A stretch of DNA of 64,000 bases from Trichosphaerium sp. ATCC 40318 (GCA_038496445.1 JALMLS010000450.1:1-64000); one strand, 5' to 3'; counted from the stretch's first letter, positions 25,669-40,307 are shown. The notes: generated from the letters alone by a model not told the origin. Made by a program: numbers and translations.

Positions 25669-27847
25669 ATGGCAGCACAGCGTACAAATACATCCGTGGA
25701 GAGTATGCTAGAATCAGTAACGATACAAAGACAGCTGAGCGAAAATAACCTTCAGATTGAGCAATTGCTAAAATCTGACGCCTCATTATCACCTATCGCC
25801 TGCGCTGCGCTGATACCGTACACCAGCGCCCTAACTAAATCAATGATGCTCGCGCAGCTCACAGAGAAACGTAGAGCTTCTATACACTACGGAAATAGTA
25901 CCATACGAAACGATAACGGCGCCACAACATCCGAACGCCTTGTTACAACACCTCTCAACAAATTGAAAATTCTTTCGTTGAAAGACCTTGCTCTGTTCCA
26001 GAGACGCTCTGACGGTTTCCTATTATGTCGGATATTCACTCCATGCAGTAAAATCGTTGGAGTGACGTTCGGAATAGAAGATAGCTCAGGAGGCTTCATT
26101 CTTGCGACTATCTACAACGGTCTTGAAGAGACAACTGAGGAGCTTGATACCATGTACCCTGTAGGCCGTATATTGGCTATAAAGTCACCATACAAGAAAA
26201 TGTCAACAATGGGTCCTTCAGTAATGCTGCGCTGTGACAACCCAGGAAATATTGAGTTTATTGATGATTGTTCTTCTCCATTGTTAAAGGGCACCAAGTG
26301 GTTCAAAAAACCGACCCAACAAGCATCCAAGAGCGCAGAAGACTGGAAAAAAGAAGGAAATAGAGCAATGGCATCAAAGAAATGGAAGGAAGCTATAAAA
26401 TTGTATACAAAGGGAATCAAACTTGAACCTTCTCACCTTATACTCCTCTCAAACCGAAGTCAAGCAAACCTCAAGGCTGGTGAATGGACACATGCTTTAG
26501 AAGACGCTAAATCAGCTCTTGCAATTGATTCTAAGCATGAGAAGAGCTTGTACAGATGTGGATTCGCTTTGACTAAGCTTGAGCGCTACCGTGAGGCAAA
26601 ATCAGTATTTGCTGTCGGCAATAGCAAGGTTTGTAAGAATATGCTGGAGACAACAAACCAAGCTATTGAGGAGAGTGAGAATGCGAAGTATGATTGGGGT
26701 TCTTTTATGAATAACTACATGCACTCGAAATGGCCTAGATACTCATGTGCGACTTTTAAATCACGTGATATGTCATTGGTAAAAATCAAAGGCAAAGGGC
26801 GAGGATTTGTTGCTCAGAAGGACTTGCAGGCAGGGACTTTGTTACTTGTTGAGAAAGCGTTAGCTGTATCGTATGATGATGAACATATTGGTCATTTGGA
26901 AGTTGAGTTTGGAGCCAACAGGCTTTATAGTCCTGCAACAAGTGGTGCGCCTCGTTTTTGTTGAATAAAATGTTCTGTTAATTATTTGTTTAGGACTTCA
27001 CAAAAAACTCAAACATCTTGCTACCACTGATGCTTTGTTGCGCGAAAGAATTACAAACTTATCTATGAGTGATTTTGAAACCCTCCCAGACCAGTCAATC
27101 GGCATGTCAATCAAGCACGTGGTGGGAACGAATACCTTCCATGTTGGGAGTTATATAAAACCGAAAGAATCAGGAAGTGCTCTTTTCTATTGGACAAGCT
27201 TATTCAATAACGATTGTGACCCAAACGCCAAGAATAGTATCTTGGGTAATGTTAGTATTCTTCAGACTATCAAAGCCATAAAACAAGGTGAAGAAATAAC
27301 AGTTCCGTACACCCAAATGAAGTTTGTCACAAAAAGAAGAAAAGCAATGTCAGCTCGTAACTTTGAATGTAAATGCGGTAGATGTCTCGCAGAGGGAACA
27401 CCTGAAAACCTATCCCTATACGAGGAGATAGTAAAGAGAGTTCCAGCAGTACAGTACATCAATGACAGTGCGAGTGAAAAGCCAAAATTTCCTTACAATG
27501 AAGAATCTTGGAGGCAAGCGTTTGACATGTCAAAAAGATTGGTAGATTATATGGCTACTGTACCCCATGATTTATTAGCTATTAAGCTTATAGAGAAAAA
27601 GAAAAGCATGACACTACAAGAGAAGAAAGATTTAGACAAAGAGTTCTACTCTGTTGTTAAATCGCCAGAGCATTCAGCTGAAGGATTGTTTCTAGCAGTA
27701 AAGTGCTTGGCAAGTGCATGCCTTTTTCGAGAGAACCAAGAATATTGGATACAAAAAGCACGTGAATGGGCTGAAAAGCTTCTGCCTCCTGATCTCGTAC
27801 CTGTGTTTATTACAGCAGCCACTAATGGCCCTCATATTCCAAAGTAG
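25669..27847 (+). CDS. TPR + SET-domain protein (putative lysine methyltransferase); two exons
   Basis: TPRs (AEDWKKEGNRAM...LLSNRSQANLK...KSLYRCG). SET motifs GKGRGFVAQKDL, SLFNNDCDPN and EEITVPY; post-SET FECKCGRC. Intron at ~26945-26993. Confidence 0.9.
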
Positions 27848-27889
27848 ATTAAGTGTACTTGCAATAAATCATTTACTAAATAGATCATT

Positions 27890-27950
27890 ATTGTTGAAAA
27901 AAAGTGGCCAATTTAAATACACGTACTAGTCCAAATCAATAGGACGCATA
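27890..27950 (-). pseudogene. Remnant of the F-box-like head of the F-box-MORN family
   Basis: DNA matches 47257-47295 (AAGTGGCCAATTTAAATAC core). Reads IDLD*YVYLNWPL versus IGLDWSAYLNWPL. Confidence 0.55.
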
Positions 27951-28162
27951 ACAAGACCAAAGTTTATCTGAGATTAGACCCCAAGCATGCGCGGTTAACG
28001 CCATATACGTTATATTTAAGCTGCTTTGGTGCTTTTTACCATACTACTAAGTATTGTCAAATTAGAATTCATAAAATAACTGTGATGGATACAAACTGAT
28101 GAAAAAGAAGTCAATTTCACTTCAACTAGAGCTGTTGTTTATTCAAAGTATGCCTTTACTCA

Positions 28163-30296
28163 CTACAGTAACGCGATAAGACACATTATAAGAGCAAGAG
28201 TAGTTTCTACAATGCTTGAACTTGAAAAAGGTGGTATGTCATCAATACTTGGAGCATCAGTCGGTGGGTCTGGAAAGCAACCAATAGGTTCTCCAGTTGC
28301 AACAGCAAACGCAAATTCATCATTTTCCATGCTTCCGGTAGGCGTTGGTCCACTGACTACAAGAGTATGTGATTTCCCTTGATATATGTATGCAGATAAT
28401 GGAGCACCATGAGAATTAGCAACAAAGTCAGAATTGTCGCAATCAGGAGGTATTGTACTAAAACAAAAAAAGTTAACTTTGTGCTTCTACTCTGTTTTTT
28501 GTTTTTCTGTTTACCTGAAGTCTCGTGAGGTAAAAGCATCTCCTCCAACGCTTCCTTCGTATAGAGTGAAAACTTGTGTTCTCAAAAATGTACATTGAGG
28601 GTTGAGAAAACTTTGTATTGGTGTGAAAATTCGATATCCGGATGCCGTAACATCGACACTCTAATTGTTGTTTTAATACATAACCAATACGGTATTTTGA
28701 GTAGTTTTTCTTCGAGCGTACCACTGCATTCCAGTTTACCATATCCCCATCGGTGCATTTATCTAATTGACTTTGTGGTGAAGAGGTTGGTTTTGGCCAC
28801 AGCTAGTCAACATGAGAAGAACCAAAAAAACAATAAAAAAAGGAGAAAAAAATAAAGAAAGAGGCGACTAATCATACAGTATCTCCAAGTCTATACATGG
28901 TATCACAAGGTGTATCAACTGGTGCTACTGGCGACACTGGACCAACTGGCATTATTGGAGCGGCTTCAACCATTATAACTCCCGCAATTACTAAAAAAAC
29001 ATGTTTAGAATGCAAAACCGAAGTTCGTTTACTACTTACTGTCAGCACTACTTGCAACATTACCAATTACGAAAGTATATTCTTTTCCTTCTTCCAAAGA
29101 GAAAGTAGGGTTCATACGAGGCGCAATCTACAGAAAAACAATCAGCAATGTTGTACTTGGGGTGTCATTGAAAAAAACATACTAAAGCTGTTTGTGAGAC
29201 AGCAGTGCCACATGTATCAGTTTCAAAGCATACACAATTGGTACCAAGATCCCCTTCAACAGCGAAAGCGCTAAAAGCAATACCAGTAACTCTTTTAGGA
29301 TCAAGAATTTCACTAAAACTACCAAAGCTTTTGGTTGGAAATGTGGTACTAAACAAAGAATATTGTAAGAAAGAAAGTCAATTTGGAGAGATTATAAACG
29401 TGCCTTGTATCTCCTACTACACCTACAAACTCTATGGTATAGTCTGCTGTCTTTGAAGCTGTCCATTTGAATTGAGCAGTTGGGGTACTCATCATACAAG
29501 CAGCATCAAATTGTTTCATCGGACTTGTCGCATTATAGCTTATCATTGCGTCCATTTCGGTAACAGGAATTAAATCAACCACAAAAATACCTAGAAATCC
29601 TACATTTCCTGTAGTTGCGTCGTAATCCGTATACCGAATGAGAGGATCCGTGTCATATGTAATTAGAACTTTATGAGTTCCGGCTGGTATCCATACTGTA
29701 CCCCCTGTAGTTTCCGCTAAAGAAGACAAACATCAGTCGAACCAAAAAAAAATGTTGTTTTGCTGTTTTTGCGTACTTGGGTTTGTTAACGATTGTGTGC
29801 CTCTCATTGCCCATACTATATTGTCACATGGAGAATTACAATCCCAATTTCCATTTGCGTAGATTATCACGTGTACATTAGGATTAATTTCAATCGAGCC
29901 GTGAACTAACAAGTAAAAAAGAGTTAACACCCTTCATTCAACTCCTGTATTGTTAAACTCTTACCAGCGATGAAATAGAACCCTGCAGTTGTAACAACGA
30001 GGTCTCTTGTTACGTAATTCGCTTCAGTATCACCTCTAAGGTACTGTTAGGCTTATTGTAGGCGAATTGATAGAATTCGTACTTGACACAGGAAGCAGAG
30101 TTTATTACGCCAATCTCTGATGTTGTAGCCAACTGAGGCGGTGTTGAGCATGTACCAGCGTTGTTTCTTAATAGAGAAATTAGATAACGTAAAAAAAAGA
30201 TTCTCACCCGCAAGAGACGTCAGCAAGCTGCCCAGAGAAGCTTATCTTAGCTGCGCATACAGCAGATATGAAAAAGAAAGCGTAGAGCAGGTGCAT
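28163..30296 (-). CDS. Secreted, probably GPI-anchored surface protein with beta-rich modules; multi-exon
   Basis: Signal peptide MHLLYAFFFISAVCAA. Last exon ends with a Pro/Asp spacer, PFSSSS and hydrophobic tail IVETTLALIMCLIALL*. Confidence 0.7.
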
Positions 30297-30807
30297 CACT
30301 CAAGAAGGCAATTTTTGTTTTCAAACCAATACACAATATTTTTTTTGTGAATTAACACCAAAGTGCACTACGCTCGCTGTATCGATTTGTTGTTGTTTCG
30401 ATAAGCCCAAAAAACAATTAATGAAGAATACAGACAGTTTTGGTTTCCGCGAGGAAAACGATTCTTACCACGTGAGCAGAACGCTGTATGTGCTAAATGA
30501 AGAAAAAAAATGGTAGAATACGGAGGAAAGTGGTTTATTTCAAAAATTGACAGTTGTAAACTGACGTCCTCTTCCGGTCGCGACAGGAACCACTAAAATT
30601 ACAACATAACAATGCTGTATAATTTTTGAACGCACATATCCGAATTTGAGCAAGTCAATGTTCAACTTCACAACGTTCGGCCGCTGAAAAGGAACTCTCT
30701 CACGAATGTATATTCGAACTTGAATAAGTGGGTCCAAGCGTGCTTAAATCTCTAAGGTCAAGTAAACTTGAGAACAGAATGAAAAAAAAGCAAACTACGC
30801 CGGGTCC

Positions 30808-30903
30808 ATTGCAGTGCCAGAGTAATTACATCAAGGCAAAAAAGAAGGAGAATACAAAAAGTGGCATAAAAATGGAACTTTGATGGAAGACGGTGTAGAA
30901 TGA
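30808..30903 (+). pseudogene. Frameshifted MORN-variant repeat remnant
   Basis: LQCQSNYI-(fs)-GKKEGEYKKWHKNGTLME*, most similar to units in 46570-46990. Confidence 0.65.
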
Positions 30904-31090
30904 GCTTGTGATGAAGCATCCTAAAACAACAACAGTGACACTTTGATGTTGCCTGTGTTAACAACATATGCAGAACAGAACGAAATATTTGTGTACATAA
31001 CGTCATTGTACTCAAAAAAGGTCACTTTGTTGATGTTTTATTACACTGGTATATTGTACAATTTTAAGTGCTTTTTATTGTCTTGTTGTC

Positions 31091-34000
31091 CTATTTACGC
31101 CTTTGTTTTTTTGGTGGAGGGCTATCTTCTGATTCATCCTCCTCATCATCTTCATCTTCTGATACTCCACTCTCATGACCACTATCATTGTCTTGCTAAA
31201 AAGAAGAATAAGATAATAACGATCAAAGTCTATAAAAAAAAATAAAAAATCCTTACCCCATCTTTTAATTTCTTGAAAACACTTGCTTTAATACGAAATC
31301 CTCTGTTCGTGCTACGCTTAAAATTCGCTGAATAAAGAGCTGTATCTTTACCAACATAATGAATCAATTGGGCTTCAAATTTCTCCAATTCTTGAATCAA
31401 CATTGGTACAACTTTTCCTTGACGTAAAAGACTTTGTTCTGATACTTTCATTTCTTTCACACTTTCCATATCATTAATGTAAGTCAAGAAAACATAAACC
31501 TAAAACAAAAAAAGTCAATTATTTTCTCAAACGACTTTAACTCTGAGCGTGACGACTATGTTTCACTGAAATTGTAGGAACTTCAATCTATGAATTACAA
31601 CTTACTGAAGGTGTAAGGGACTGGCCAATGAACTCAATCATATCAGCGTAAAGACCAGGTATTGCCATTTTTCCTTTAGAGAGCTAAACACAAAATATGA
31701 GTCAATGCTACTTAGCCTTTCTCTGTAGTAGTAGTATGCGTACAGACATAGTGAGGCGGCATAATATAGCATACACTCGTGTTGTTGCACGTAATATTTG
31801 CTCTATGATAACGCTAGACAACGTAAACGCAGTCTCAACAAGTAATTGTAAAATAGACAATAATCCCGTCAAACGAGAATAAATAGCATTACGCCAAGCT
31901 ACAACTTGCTCAACTTGATCAATAGAAGCTGTAACTACAACAAAAACATCAATTAGAAAACACTGTATGTAGGCGTGTACACGAGTAAACGTGTTGTAAA
32001 AAAACGCACGAGATTTCTCGTTGACTTTATCGTATGCCTTAATAACCACTTCAAACTCAACTAATAAAGCAGCTAGATGTGTAATTGTGAGTAACCGTAC
32101 AAAAAAAGCGGAGGAGAAACCACAGTGTGTTTTCAAAAAATATATCAAAAAGGTACCTAACACTGGTGTTGCAGTACAAGTTTGAGTCTTCTCGTTAAGG
32201 ATACCAAATGTTGCTGCTGTCTATAAAAATATCTATTAGCCCAAGTTAAATATTTAGTCGTTTTGAGAACCATTTGTCGCTCTGAGCACGCATCGTTTGA
32301 TTCAAACGTATGAACCATCTCCGTTGCATATTTTTCTAGCTAAACAACATTGTTAGGCATCTAAGAAGGCTATACAAGATGATTACTACGTACAACTTCA
32401 ACACCGCTACCATTCGGTGCATTTGAAGCTAAGTCTAGGTAATACATAGTAATACCTTTGGCAACACTAACATGGTTGACTTCTTGCATACACATTTCAT
32501 TAACCCACGCCTAAAATTATAAGAAAAAAAAGAGAAAAAAATGTACAAAAACACTATTTTTGTCAGTTGTTAGCCAACATGCATTAATAAAAAGATCCTG
32601 TAAAAAATTGATATTATTATTACTGTTACTTAAGCGTACTCGTTGCGCTTCATTTTGATCATTATCGAGGTATTTCGAAAATCTATCAGAAAAACATGAG
32701 CGAGAGAAAAAAATAATGTGGAAACTCACGTTTGTAAGAGACTGAAGGCAGCTTCAACCTCTCTGTATGGAATATTAGGTTTATCGAGCATTTTTTCTAT
32801 TAATTTTTGCATTGTTTTATAGAAAGAACCAACTACGCCATCCGGAGAACCATCAAGATCATCTTGAAACTAAATGGAAAAAATTGAGAAAGAAACAACT
32901 TTGAAAACAGTAAATATAACATTACCTTTGTGACAAGGACCTCTACAGGCTTGGCTAGATAATTACATATAAAAGTATCTGTAACACCCAAGCTCGTCAA
33001 ATGTATAGAACAGTGATGTATTGTCTCAAGAGCAAGCAAAGAAACACTTCTAGCCTATTAAAATTACACAGTTATTGATTGCATTATTTTCGCTATTCGT
33101 TTCAAGGTAAGCTTACCAAGGTGAACTTCTTGTCAGCGGAGCTCTCCCAGGTAGTCAAGAACTCGTCAATTAGTAATGGGGTAATGTCTTTGCACCAATC
33201 TGTCATAGGGGTAGAATGCTTTGCAATCTACGATTCCAGATAAGTAAGAAAAATTAATAAAAATCATGTGCCCACAAACCTCCTTTGCAATACGCAAGCA
33301 GTTCTCTATTACAAACCTCTTGAACTTCTCGTTGCTCCTAAGATTCTCTTGGCCTTCTTTACCTTTTTCATCAACATCCATCCAATCTACAGTACCAGTG
33401 CTGGCACAAATCTAAATGCCTTGTAAATATTCTTCTACTATTTGCTTTTGTTGCATTTGAGTATTTACAAAGACGTACCAAGCCAAGCATTTGTTTTATT
33501 GCTTCAGGGCATATCAAAGGTTCACAAGATACTATCTGTTTACCTCCACGACCTTGTAATAATATAAACTTACAACGAATCAAAAAAGATAAAAAAGAAA
33601 CCTATGAACAAACAAAAGCTACAAGCTTACCTTTTTTTCTTTTATTGTCCTTACTCTTTAGTGCTTCTTTAACAGTTTCCTTGAGAGTACTGTACTTACC
33701 AAATAACGTCAATAAAGCCTCAAGACGCTCTGAAGGAGGATCAAGTGGTAACACAAGGATGTAATTCATAAAAACCTCATAGCTTGATATCAAAAGATTT
33801 GCTCGTAATAATGTTTTTCTACCAACTGTTGTATCAGAATAATCAGAATTTTTTGCATCAACTTCATAATCCTCAAGATCGCTCCCTTTTAATTTATCGT
33901 ATATATTATCAATCAGAAGCTCATTAATCTCTTCAAATAGATCATCATGTCCACATTTCTTTGCTTGTATTGCTATACAAGCTACACACTCGAGTAGTTG

Positions 34001-36733
34001 AGGCAGAGGCTCTTTCAATTTAACCTCCTAAGAAAAAAGTTAGGAAACATGAATAGGTTTGATGTCTTTAGCTCTCCGTAGAGTTTGATCAAATGAAAGG
34101 TCCTGGTTAAATACATACCGAACCTCGTTCATCGATGCAACGCCACACATTAAGCGGTGTTTCATCTTGTGATAAGTACGTAGTAAGGTGTGACATTAGT
34201 ATCTCCCATGTGAACTTCAAAACATCAACATTGTTTGTTTTAACAACATCTAGTATTCCTTTATATAATTTCTCTTTTATGGAGTACTGTTGACTCAAGC
34301 AACGTCTTAAGAAACCTTAAAAAAAAATAAAAAAATTACAACCTAATAAGAAAACTTCTGTTTCTCGTTACCTAGCACTTCAAAAGCGAATTCCACGCCA
34401 CTGACATCACCCATACTATGTGTATTTGATAAAGCGATATTAAGTAATTGAATAAATCCACTAACACCAACAGTCCTTGATTCTTCTTCGCTGTAAGGGT
34501 ATAAGAACTCAGACTGTTAAAGTAAAAATATTCGGCGTACTTTGAGAAAACAGCTTTTCGAAGTACGATCACAATGTGATCCAAAAAATCACGTTTAAGC
34601 TTCATCAGTGGGGCCTGTTGTTTATTAGATATCATGTAGAGCAATGAAAGGTGTCTTACCATGGTTGCTAGGAGTGGTGATGCAACATTTGGTTTCATTA
34701 TGCTGAGGTAGTTCATCACTTCTTTTATCTGGAAAAAAAATATTAGCTTGTTTCACTCTTTTGATATCGAAGAGACAGTGCATAACATGAGACTCACCTT
34801 TGGTACATGTCCGTTTAAAATATCTAGTGGATTATTCTCCATCAAGTCGCCAATCAGTTTTATGTATGCAACAGAATTTGATGTTGTATTCACAATACGT
34901 GTTATAACTTCAGTCAAAATGTTTTGTCTTGCATCTGAATGAACTTTAAATACCTCCAAGAGCATATCTCTTCCTAGATCGATCGCCTTTGATACATTGT
35001 AAGCCAAAGATACCACAATACTTTAAATAATAAATAAAGAGGAGAAACGCTAACCTTGTTAACAGGATGTGTTTTGTTGTTAGTTTTAGCTCCTTTGAGA
35101 TCCATCAATGTAAAGCTTATATTCATAACAGAAACTACTTGATCTGTCCATCCATACTTTATACACTTAACAGCTTGTAAAAGAGCAGGTCCAATATTTT
35201 TTTGTTCGAAAGAAAACCCTGTAAAGCAAAAAATAAGTAAAACGGAGAATTGCTCAAAATAATTTTTTACCTTCCAACCACGGTATCGTTGATGGCTCTA
35301 AGGAAGACTGGTACCCTTCTAAAACCTTCTTCTTTATGAAATCTCGTATCTAATTTTTTTATTAAGTCACCAAAAGTCGAACAAGTCAAAGTACCTTTTT
35401 TTGTAATGTACTTGAATACTGAGATGCAAAAATTGCAAATAGTGTAGAAAAAAGGAACGGCTCAAGTGTGACATTTGGTCCATTTAGTGTCTTTACAAAC
35501 TTACTACCAAGCACCTAAATAACATTAATAACCCCTCACTACCACATTTATAAGAAGTACATGATCTTGCTTCACGTGAAGACTTATATGAGCGAGAACA
35601 GTGCCTTCAACTTTCTTAAGCTCTTCATCTATTTGAGTGTCTCCAGTCGAATCCAACACCGATCCACTGGTATGTACTCTTAAATTTGTTTGTCTGGTAT
35701 AATATTATCATAAGAAACGTACCCACTATCCTCCACAGATCCACCAGAATCCAAAAAGATAAAATGTTTTACAATTCCATGTAATATTTTATCTTTTGCA
35801 CCTTTCGTTGTAAGAGCAAGTAAGTGATACACCAAAGGGCATAAATCTTCTAGCTTAACAAGATGAAAGTGTCTAAAAAAGAGGGTCACACTAAGTAGTT
35901 AATTCTTACGAAAAGTGCACGTGATGCATGTTGGTAATACAAACAAAAAAATCAATGATTTCGAAAAATAACAGTACGGATTTTAATACCTTAGTATAGA
36001 CTTTGCAACCTTCACCAACTGGTCTTGAGGTAATGGTACATCCTTGAAGTTATCTACCAAGCTCAGAGTAACAGCAATAGGCCAATCAGCGCTACAAATA
36101 GCAGATAAAGAGCTCTCTTTGCATTCTTTTCCAGACATGATGCGGTTTCCTAACATACTCGTGTTAAAGGAACATAACCAGTTAAATCGACGCACCACAA
36201 ACTACCAATTCAGTTTTAAGAAGCATTTCGCAGAGCTGACCGAGAATGTTCAAGGAAATCCCTTCGTGCTCAATACCATCCTTGAAAGCATCCACAATCA
36301 TTTTCATAAAGTAGCCTAGCATAACAGGAGGAACCTCGGAGAGCTGAAAATGTGTGAAATTGACATATTTCTGTAAATAACAGCCTTACCGCTCTCAAAA
36401 GGAATGGAACTACATCTAGTGCGCGTTGACCGACTAACTCAGAGCTATGCATCAAATCCAAGCAATGTTTGAGAAGACACGTAACGGTTGACGCGTCTCT
36501 GTTCTCTTTATCTTCGAGAACGCCAGAAATCCAGCTTTTGGCTTTGCCTTGAGCTAAACAAGCGTATTCCGTTTAGAAGATATAAAAAGCGATATAAACA
36601 ATACCACAGTGCGTAATGGCGTACCTACTACCTCTGAAAGCTTTTGTTTGAGCTTTACGTCTTCATCAATTACAGAGCGATACAATTGATACTGTTCTCT
36701 TAAATCTTCCTCGCCTGCACCAGAATTTTCCAT
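31091..36733 (-). CDS. FANCI: Fanconi anemia group I protein; multi-exon (5' end uncertain)
   Basis: LEDLCPLVYHLLALTTKG, VEGTVLAHI, HIVIVLRKAVFS (LRK motif corresponding to the monoubiquitination site), FLRRCLSQQ, EPLPQLL, PMLIQELEKFE...STNRGFRIK; acidic tail with NLS PPPKKQRRK*. Confidence 0.92.
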
Positions 36734-37147
36734 GGCGTAATGAATTGAGTTGGTACAATTTAATTATAAACGAGATCTAATGTAACAACGTCTAGCGCAA
36801 TTATGAGTGTAACGAAGAGCAATAAAGGAAGCTCATACCTGGAAAAAAGTGACATTCAGGCTTTCATTTTTGAAAACGCTTGACATTTTATCATTTTGGC
36901 GCGCACAAGACTATCACACCTACTGAGCGTTTAAAAATGATGGATTGGACCCCTAGCTGCACTCAAATCAACGGTGATAACACTTCACGAGTCACGTTTC
37001 ATAACGCACCCGCAAACAGATGCAATCCTCATCATTTTACCTCTTTCGGCGTTAGTACTCACGTTTATTCTAAATGACAGCTTTGCTTTTAAAAAAACAA
37101 TTTGCATTTGACGTTTCTGATTTTAAACGTTTCCAACGCCGCCCTAG

Positions 37148-39186
37148 GTGCTCGAGAAAAAGCGGAAGAGTGTCCACCAGCTACCACGGGATACAAAACG
37201 TCAAAAAGCCACTCAATATTCTGTTAAAACATTGAATGAGGACGTAGAGATGTATGACGGTATGACGCGCATGGAGTGCTGCAAAACGAGCGACGACAAT
37301 ACAACAATGCCTTGTGACACCCCTGTACGCTTATACGCACTAGTGCAACCCCTAACGACGCTACTAGTGGCTAGAATATAGAGAGTACATTTACGCACGC
37401 CAGGAGATGGAATAAAGTGTAAAATATTAAATTGTAGACATAGAATAAACCATTGTACAAAAGCACAGAGAAAGCAGCGTGTTTGTTGCATGTTTTTCAA
37501 CGGCTTTTTTTTTTGAGGCTGGTGCACCAAAATGTTGCGGGTTTGACCATTTAATTTGTTATCAAAAAAAGCACCATGGAGCCGACAGAGGCCGACAAAC
37601 AACCTGATTCTGACACAGAATCAGAAACTGATGACTTGACAGACACATACGATTCGGCGTCAGATTCAGAGTCAAGCGAGTACTCACATTTGTCTGATGG
37701 CTCCCTTACAGACTCTGACGCCTCCGCAACCGATTATTCTGTCAGTGGAGAAGAAGAAGACGATTATCAAGCCGAAAGCGATACGGAAGACGACGGTAAC
37801 GTGAGCGATCATCAATCAGATGAAGAAACAACAATAGAGCAAGACGATCAACCACAGTCGTGTACGCCTAGATCTGCTGTAATGTGTATATATGGCGGCT
37901 AAATCGCCCAGAGAGTTCGATTCTCGTTTATACTATTTATTTTAGGCCTTGTAAGCGAATTAGTACACTGATCCACTGTAGCATGTAAAATTTGCGATCT
38001 GCCACTAGAATTAGAAGCTAACATACTACTCCGTTTACGTGTGCCTACTATCTTTGTTGCCCGTTTTGGTACGTGACTAATAACGCAACCAACGCTTTTT
38101 ATAGCTTTATTAACAATTTAAACAAACAGTATGTCACCGCTGGCGCGAACTAGTTGCAAATTATTTAACAAGACTCGTTTTATCACCTCTATGGGCTCGT
38201 ATGACAGGAGTAGCACTAACAAGTCTATGTACAATGATAGAAAAAGAATTTACGTCCCTCTCAAAGTTGGACATAAGTTGGTGTCGGTTAGGTACGAAAA
38301 AAAGTTGTTTTTGTGACAACAAATCATTTAAAAACGTGAAACAACTTTTCTCACGGGTTGGAAAAAAAATCAAAAGAACATACGTCATTCATCTCGTGGC
38401 AGCGTTTTGACAGCGTAAAAAAAAAAAAAAAAAGAAGCCAAAAAAAGCGAGTGAAAAAAAAAAGTTACTGTTTGAGATTTATGCGTTATATCACTTGCAG
38501 GTTAACGTATACACTCGTAAAAAACCTTTGAAAGCGTCTTTTTTGAATATACGTTCTGTTTAGTTGCAGACAGAACTTTTTTTAATTCTTTTTTTTTGTT
38601 GTTTATGTCGATTTACTTACGTGTTTTTGCTTCTTTAGTGAAGGATAAATCATTTGCAGAGCTTACAAGACTTTCAAACCAAATTACAGAATTATCTTGT
38701 AGTTCTCTTTCAATGTCGAACCGTGGACTCCGACACTTGGGTAACATGACTAAGCTTGTTTCTCTCAACCTCTCTTCGTGTAAATCTATCAACCATCATG
38801 GCATAAAGTACCTAGTAAAGCTAACAAACCTGGAAACACTCAACTTAGCGAAATGTTCAAATCTGAAGGAAAAAGTCTCTGGAAACAAGCTAGTAGCCAC
38901 GGGGTTCAAGAATTTCCATCAACTATGTAGCTTGCGCACTCTTAATCTAAGAAGCACTAATCTTGAGCCAAAGCACTTGAACTATTTGTCATCATTAGAA
39001 AAGCTTAAAATATTGGATTTATCTTGCACAAGAGTTAATGATAAGAGTGTTCTTAATATACTCGATAAACTCACTTCTCTTGAGGTATTAAAGGTACATA
39101 GATGTAACAAATTATCTGATAAGGCACATTCATTATTCATTGCAAAACGACCTAATTTGACAGTTATTTTCAATGATGAACCGTGA
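37148..39186 (+). CDS. Leucine-rich-repeat protein (AMN1/F-box-LRR-like) with acidic low-complexity N-terminal region; 5' end uncertain
   Basis: Last exon has LxxLxxLxLSxCxxI units (LVSLNLSSCKSI, LETLNLAKCSNL, LKILDLSCTRV). Asp/Glu/Ser-rich exon at 37576-37860; internal exon FTSLSKLDISWCRL. Confidence 0.75.
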
Positions 39187-39704
39187 CAAACTTTTTTTTT
39201 CCCCTAACTCGAGAAACAAAACACATAATCCCACCTTGTAAAAAAAAAATAAATAAAAACTAAAAAGTCAACAAATGATTGTGTACGTTGCTTCGTTGGC
39301 TACTAAAAATATAAAATTCAGTTGCTTTTAGAAGATATTTTTGGCCTTTAGATGCAGATCAGGTATATGTATCCACGTGCGAGTTCAAAGTGCATTCATT
39401 TAGAAATCGGATTTGGAGATTGTTTTTTTAACGTGCTCGTTATTGCATGTGCCAGTTTGTTCGAGTGAATAATGTACTGTAAAACCAAAATAACGCGCTA
39501 TAGAACCAATGGCATCGAATCAATAAATGTACTATTTCGGTTGCACAACACAGATAATACTTCACTCGTTTATTGTACAAGCAGCTTGTTGTTGTAAAAT
39601 CAAAAAAAAAATTGGAGGTGATGATTTAGAAGTACGTGGTGTCTCTACGTATGCGTAGAGAGCTAGGATTTTATACAAAGGCGCATTTTGTCCACAAAAT
39701 GTCA

Positions 39705-40227
39705 TCATTTCGGTTCTGACTTTGATTCTGCTTGCGCCATATCAACAAGCTCCTTTACGAGAGGCAAGTCAGCTTCTAAAAATTGCTTGTTTTCAAGGTC
39801 AGACTGATTATGTATCCATTCGACTTGTTGACCTTCTACACCTTTTGGTTCGCCTATGAAATCGCGTATGTGATAAATAAAGAGCTCTACATAAACTTTC
39901 TCCTTTGCGTAATCATGTGAGAGCTGGCGCCAAAATGTATGTTTATTATAAGTGATTCCAAGCTCTATGGAGCATTATACGCGCATTGAAATAATAAATG
40001 AACATACCTTCTTTTAATTCTCGCTTTAGGGCTGCGTCTCTTGTTTCATTGAGCTCTACTTTACCTAACCAATAGTGTTACGCTTTAATCAAGCGTTTAT
40101 ACGAACCTCCTGGTAATTCCCATTGTGTGCTGAACTTAGCGCTCTTTTTTGGTCTCTGTTGAGCTAAAAAGGCTGATTTACGCCATAGAACGCCTAATAC
40201 TACTTCAACACGCTTTACAGCCGCCAT
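39705..40227 (-). CDS. mutT: MutT-type Nudix hydrolase (8-oxo-dGTPase-like); three exons, absent from the ORF track
   Basis: Spliced product MAAVKRVEVVLGVLWRKSAFLAQQRPKKSAKFSTQWELPG|GKVELNETRDAALKRELKE|ELGITY...HDY...FIGEPKGVEGQQVEWI...FLEADLPLVKEL...K*. Full Nudix box; C-terminus resembles E. coli MutT GEPWGKEGQ. Confidence 0.85.
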
Positions 40228-40307
40228 TCTGTACTTTATTGATTTTCGTTTAAGTCCGTTTCAAACTGTTTTTTAGTGAGAAACCAACAAGAACCCACCC
40301 ATACACA

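Noticed and set aside
39611-39727. Possible C/D snoRNA (GTGATGA...CTGA with a short terminal stem)
   Set aside because: The D box and supposed guide are the antisense of the MutT C-terminal codons, and I recognise no rRNA target.
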